A stretch of 63,473 nucleotides of DNA, counting the filler, from Folioceros fuciformis (Eukaryota), in the NCBI GenBank assembly GCA_049999805.1. It is 19 parts of 19 records of this genome, joined end to end, with 100 filler letters (N's around TTAATTAATTAA, not from the genome) between each part and the next. Parts side by side here need not be neighbours in the genome. Positions count along the whole stretch, not along the records: positions 61,853 to 63,473 come from JBNGIO010003000.1; 18 more parts are not named here. One strand, given 5' to 3'. Positions 61,753-63,473 of the stretch are shown piece after piece (the stretch's first letter is position 1; each line of letters begins with the position of its first letter). The position numbers were made by a program, and so were the translations under genes. The notes beneath the pieces were generated by a model. It had not been told where the DNA came from. It did no database searches and worked only from the letters and a program-made list of their open reading frames with translations.

Positions 61753-62599
61753 NNNNNNNNNNNNNNNNNNNNNNNNNNNNNNNNNNNNNNNNNNNNTTAA
61801 TTAATTAANNNNNNNNNNNNNNNNNNNNNNNNNNNNNNNNNNNNNNNNNNNNGGCAGGACGGCCTGTCTTCTGGGCTGCCTGCCTGCACTAGTGTCGGCC
61901 CGCCACTTGCGCCAGTGTCGGGCCGCCTGCCCCTCAGCCACCAGCCGCTACTCAGCTCCAGGCCCTCGCCTGGAAACTTGCACCTCTGCGCCCAATCGTC
62001 TAAAACTGGCTCTGATCCTACCGCACAAATCCAGCAGCCCGGCTAGTCTTCCCGTCATGACCCGTCCCGCCTGGCCCATCCTCGACCAGCCGGCCGGATC
62101 CGACGGCCAAGCCCCTGCCATCCTGCCGCCGATGCAACCAGCTAGTCAGCCCCGCTGGTCGCACGATAGGGCCGCTGCTGGCTCCAAGCTCCGACCAGGC
62201 AGCCTTCCCACGAGGCCCAGCCTGCCTGCTCTCAAGATCCTCAGCCCCCAGCGCACCTGGGCAAGGCCATGGCAAGTCTAAGCACGCCACCCCCATGCCT
62301 ATGCCCAACCGCCTTCTGCACGCTCCCGAGGCCCCAACTCACCCTCACACGCCCGACTTAGGGTTCCACACACACCGGCGGCCCTCTCCACGGGCACACC
62401 TTTCCCCTACTTCACATTTTCCACGGCCACGGGCTAGTTAGACGATTGTTGACTTTCTAAACTGCACCACCACTATCTCTGATCATCCTATTTAGTCTAG
62501 CCTTATCTAACATAGTTTCCTAATTACCTGTCCAAGGAATTCTATCAAAACTCCAAAAAAAACAAATACCACCCATTTTCTAAGGGGCCTATCCACCAT

Positions 62600-63426
62600 G
62601 TGGTCTCCACAGTACTGTATGCATAGAATGTCAAGCTACCTTGTCATCTGTCCAACATGTTATATTTTAGATATTTCTGCCAAACTATCAGCCTCTGGAT
62701 GATTCCTAGAGGTAATCGTATGGTCAATAAGATACTCATTCAAAAGTTCATCAAATTCTCCCATAAACTTTGTACCTTGATCCGTCAACACTTCTGCAAA
62801 AGCTCCAAACACACTCAACACATGATCAAGAAATGGTTCTTTGATTACCGTCACTCTCTTTTTTCTTAAGGGAACCAAAACTATACATTTTGAGAAATGT
62901 TCTATCAGTACCAACACATACTTGAATCCTCTGTGAGAGACTAGCAATTCTCCAGCCAAATCCAAACTCCACCTATAAAACATCCCCCTGATAGGCAAAG
63001 GATGAAGCTGAGAAGTTTTACCCGAAAAAGTTGCTCACCCTATCACACACTTCACACTTAGACACCACCTTCTGCCACATCCATCATCCCCTTCCAATAA
63101 TAATTATTCATGAGCAAACTTAACGTTCTCTTTATGCCAAAGTGTCCCAATTTCTCATGAACCTTTCTTGTCAAATTTATCTTGTCCTTGAGTCTAGGCA
63201 CCACCTTCATGTTTTCCTTAAACAACAACTTACCATCAACCCACATATATCTTCTAGCACGTTTTGCCACCGTATCGTTTTTTTTTACCGTCAGCATCCC
63301 TTCATTTCCACCTATCCTAATGCGCTCCATTGTATTATGATCCTCCCAAATATCCACTGTTGTCAAAGAAGACACTGGCTCCACCACATTCACCGAATAT
63401 GCACTTGGTGTCCACCTAGACAGCAC
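62600..63426 (-). pseudogene. Gypsy integrase fragment
   Basis: HEKLGHFG...YYW, RWSLDLAG, IEHFSK, TDQGTKF and HPEADSLAE motifs. Confidence 0.9.
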
Positions 63427-63473
63427 TGATGAGAATCACGCACAAACGCACTTGCAAAAGAGTCTTGTAGAGT

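Noticed and set aside
4918-61852. Regularly recurring TTAATTAATTAA motif, and ORFs ending in X...LIN
   Set aside because: Synthetic contig linker. ORFs and neighbourhoods spanning it are artefacts.
61853-62430. GC-rich ORFs 61892-62281 and 62018-62308
   Set aside because: Low-complexity P/A/R-rich translations expected by chance at this GC content. Probably repeat or LTR sequence.

Overview
Land-plant nuclear DNA, probably from a hornwort, fern or lycophyte given the DYW:KP-type PPR remnants. It is not one locus: 19 short contigs are joined by 18 artificial 100-nt spacers (44 N + TTAATTAATTAA + 44 N). Most of the window is decayed Ty1/Copia and Ty3/Gypsy LTR retrotransposon sequence, including two full-length elements bounded by 5-bp target-site duplications (Gypsy 25693-32330, Copia 52770-59721). 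Host-type content: one apparently intact 4-exon A1 aspartic protease gene with a decayed tandem paralog, two PPR/DYW:KP pseudogenes, and the 5' part of a gene with an OSB-type PDF motif. The most interesting signals are: (1) several distinct Copia lineages carry an extra sense ORF (here called ORF0) between the PBS and gag, clearly homologous at protein level between two of them and sharing a heptad coiled-coil motif with others; (2) the same kind of Copia element carries an antisense, apparently spliced ORF between pol and the 3' LTR; (3) one Gypsy and one Copia element have LTR termini of 5'-AG...CT-3' instead of TG...CA. All alignments and translations beyond the supplied ORF track were done by eye, and no database searches were run.
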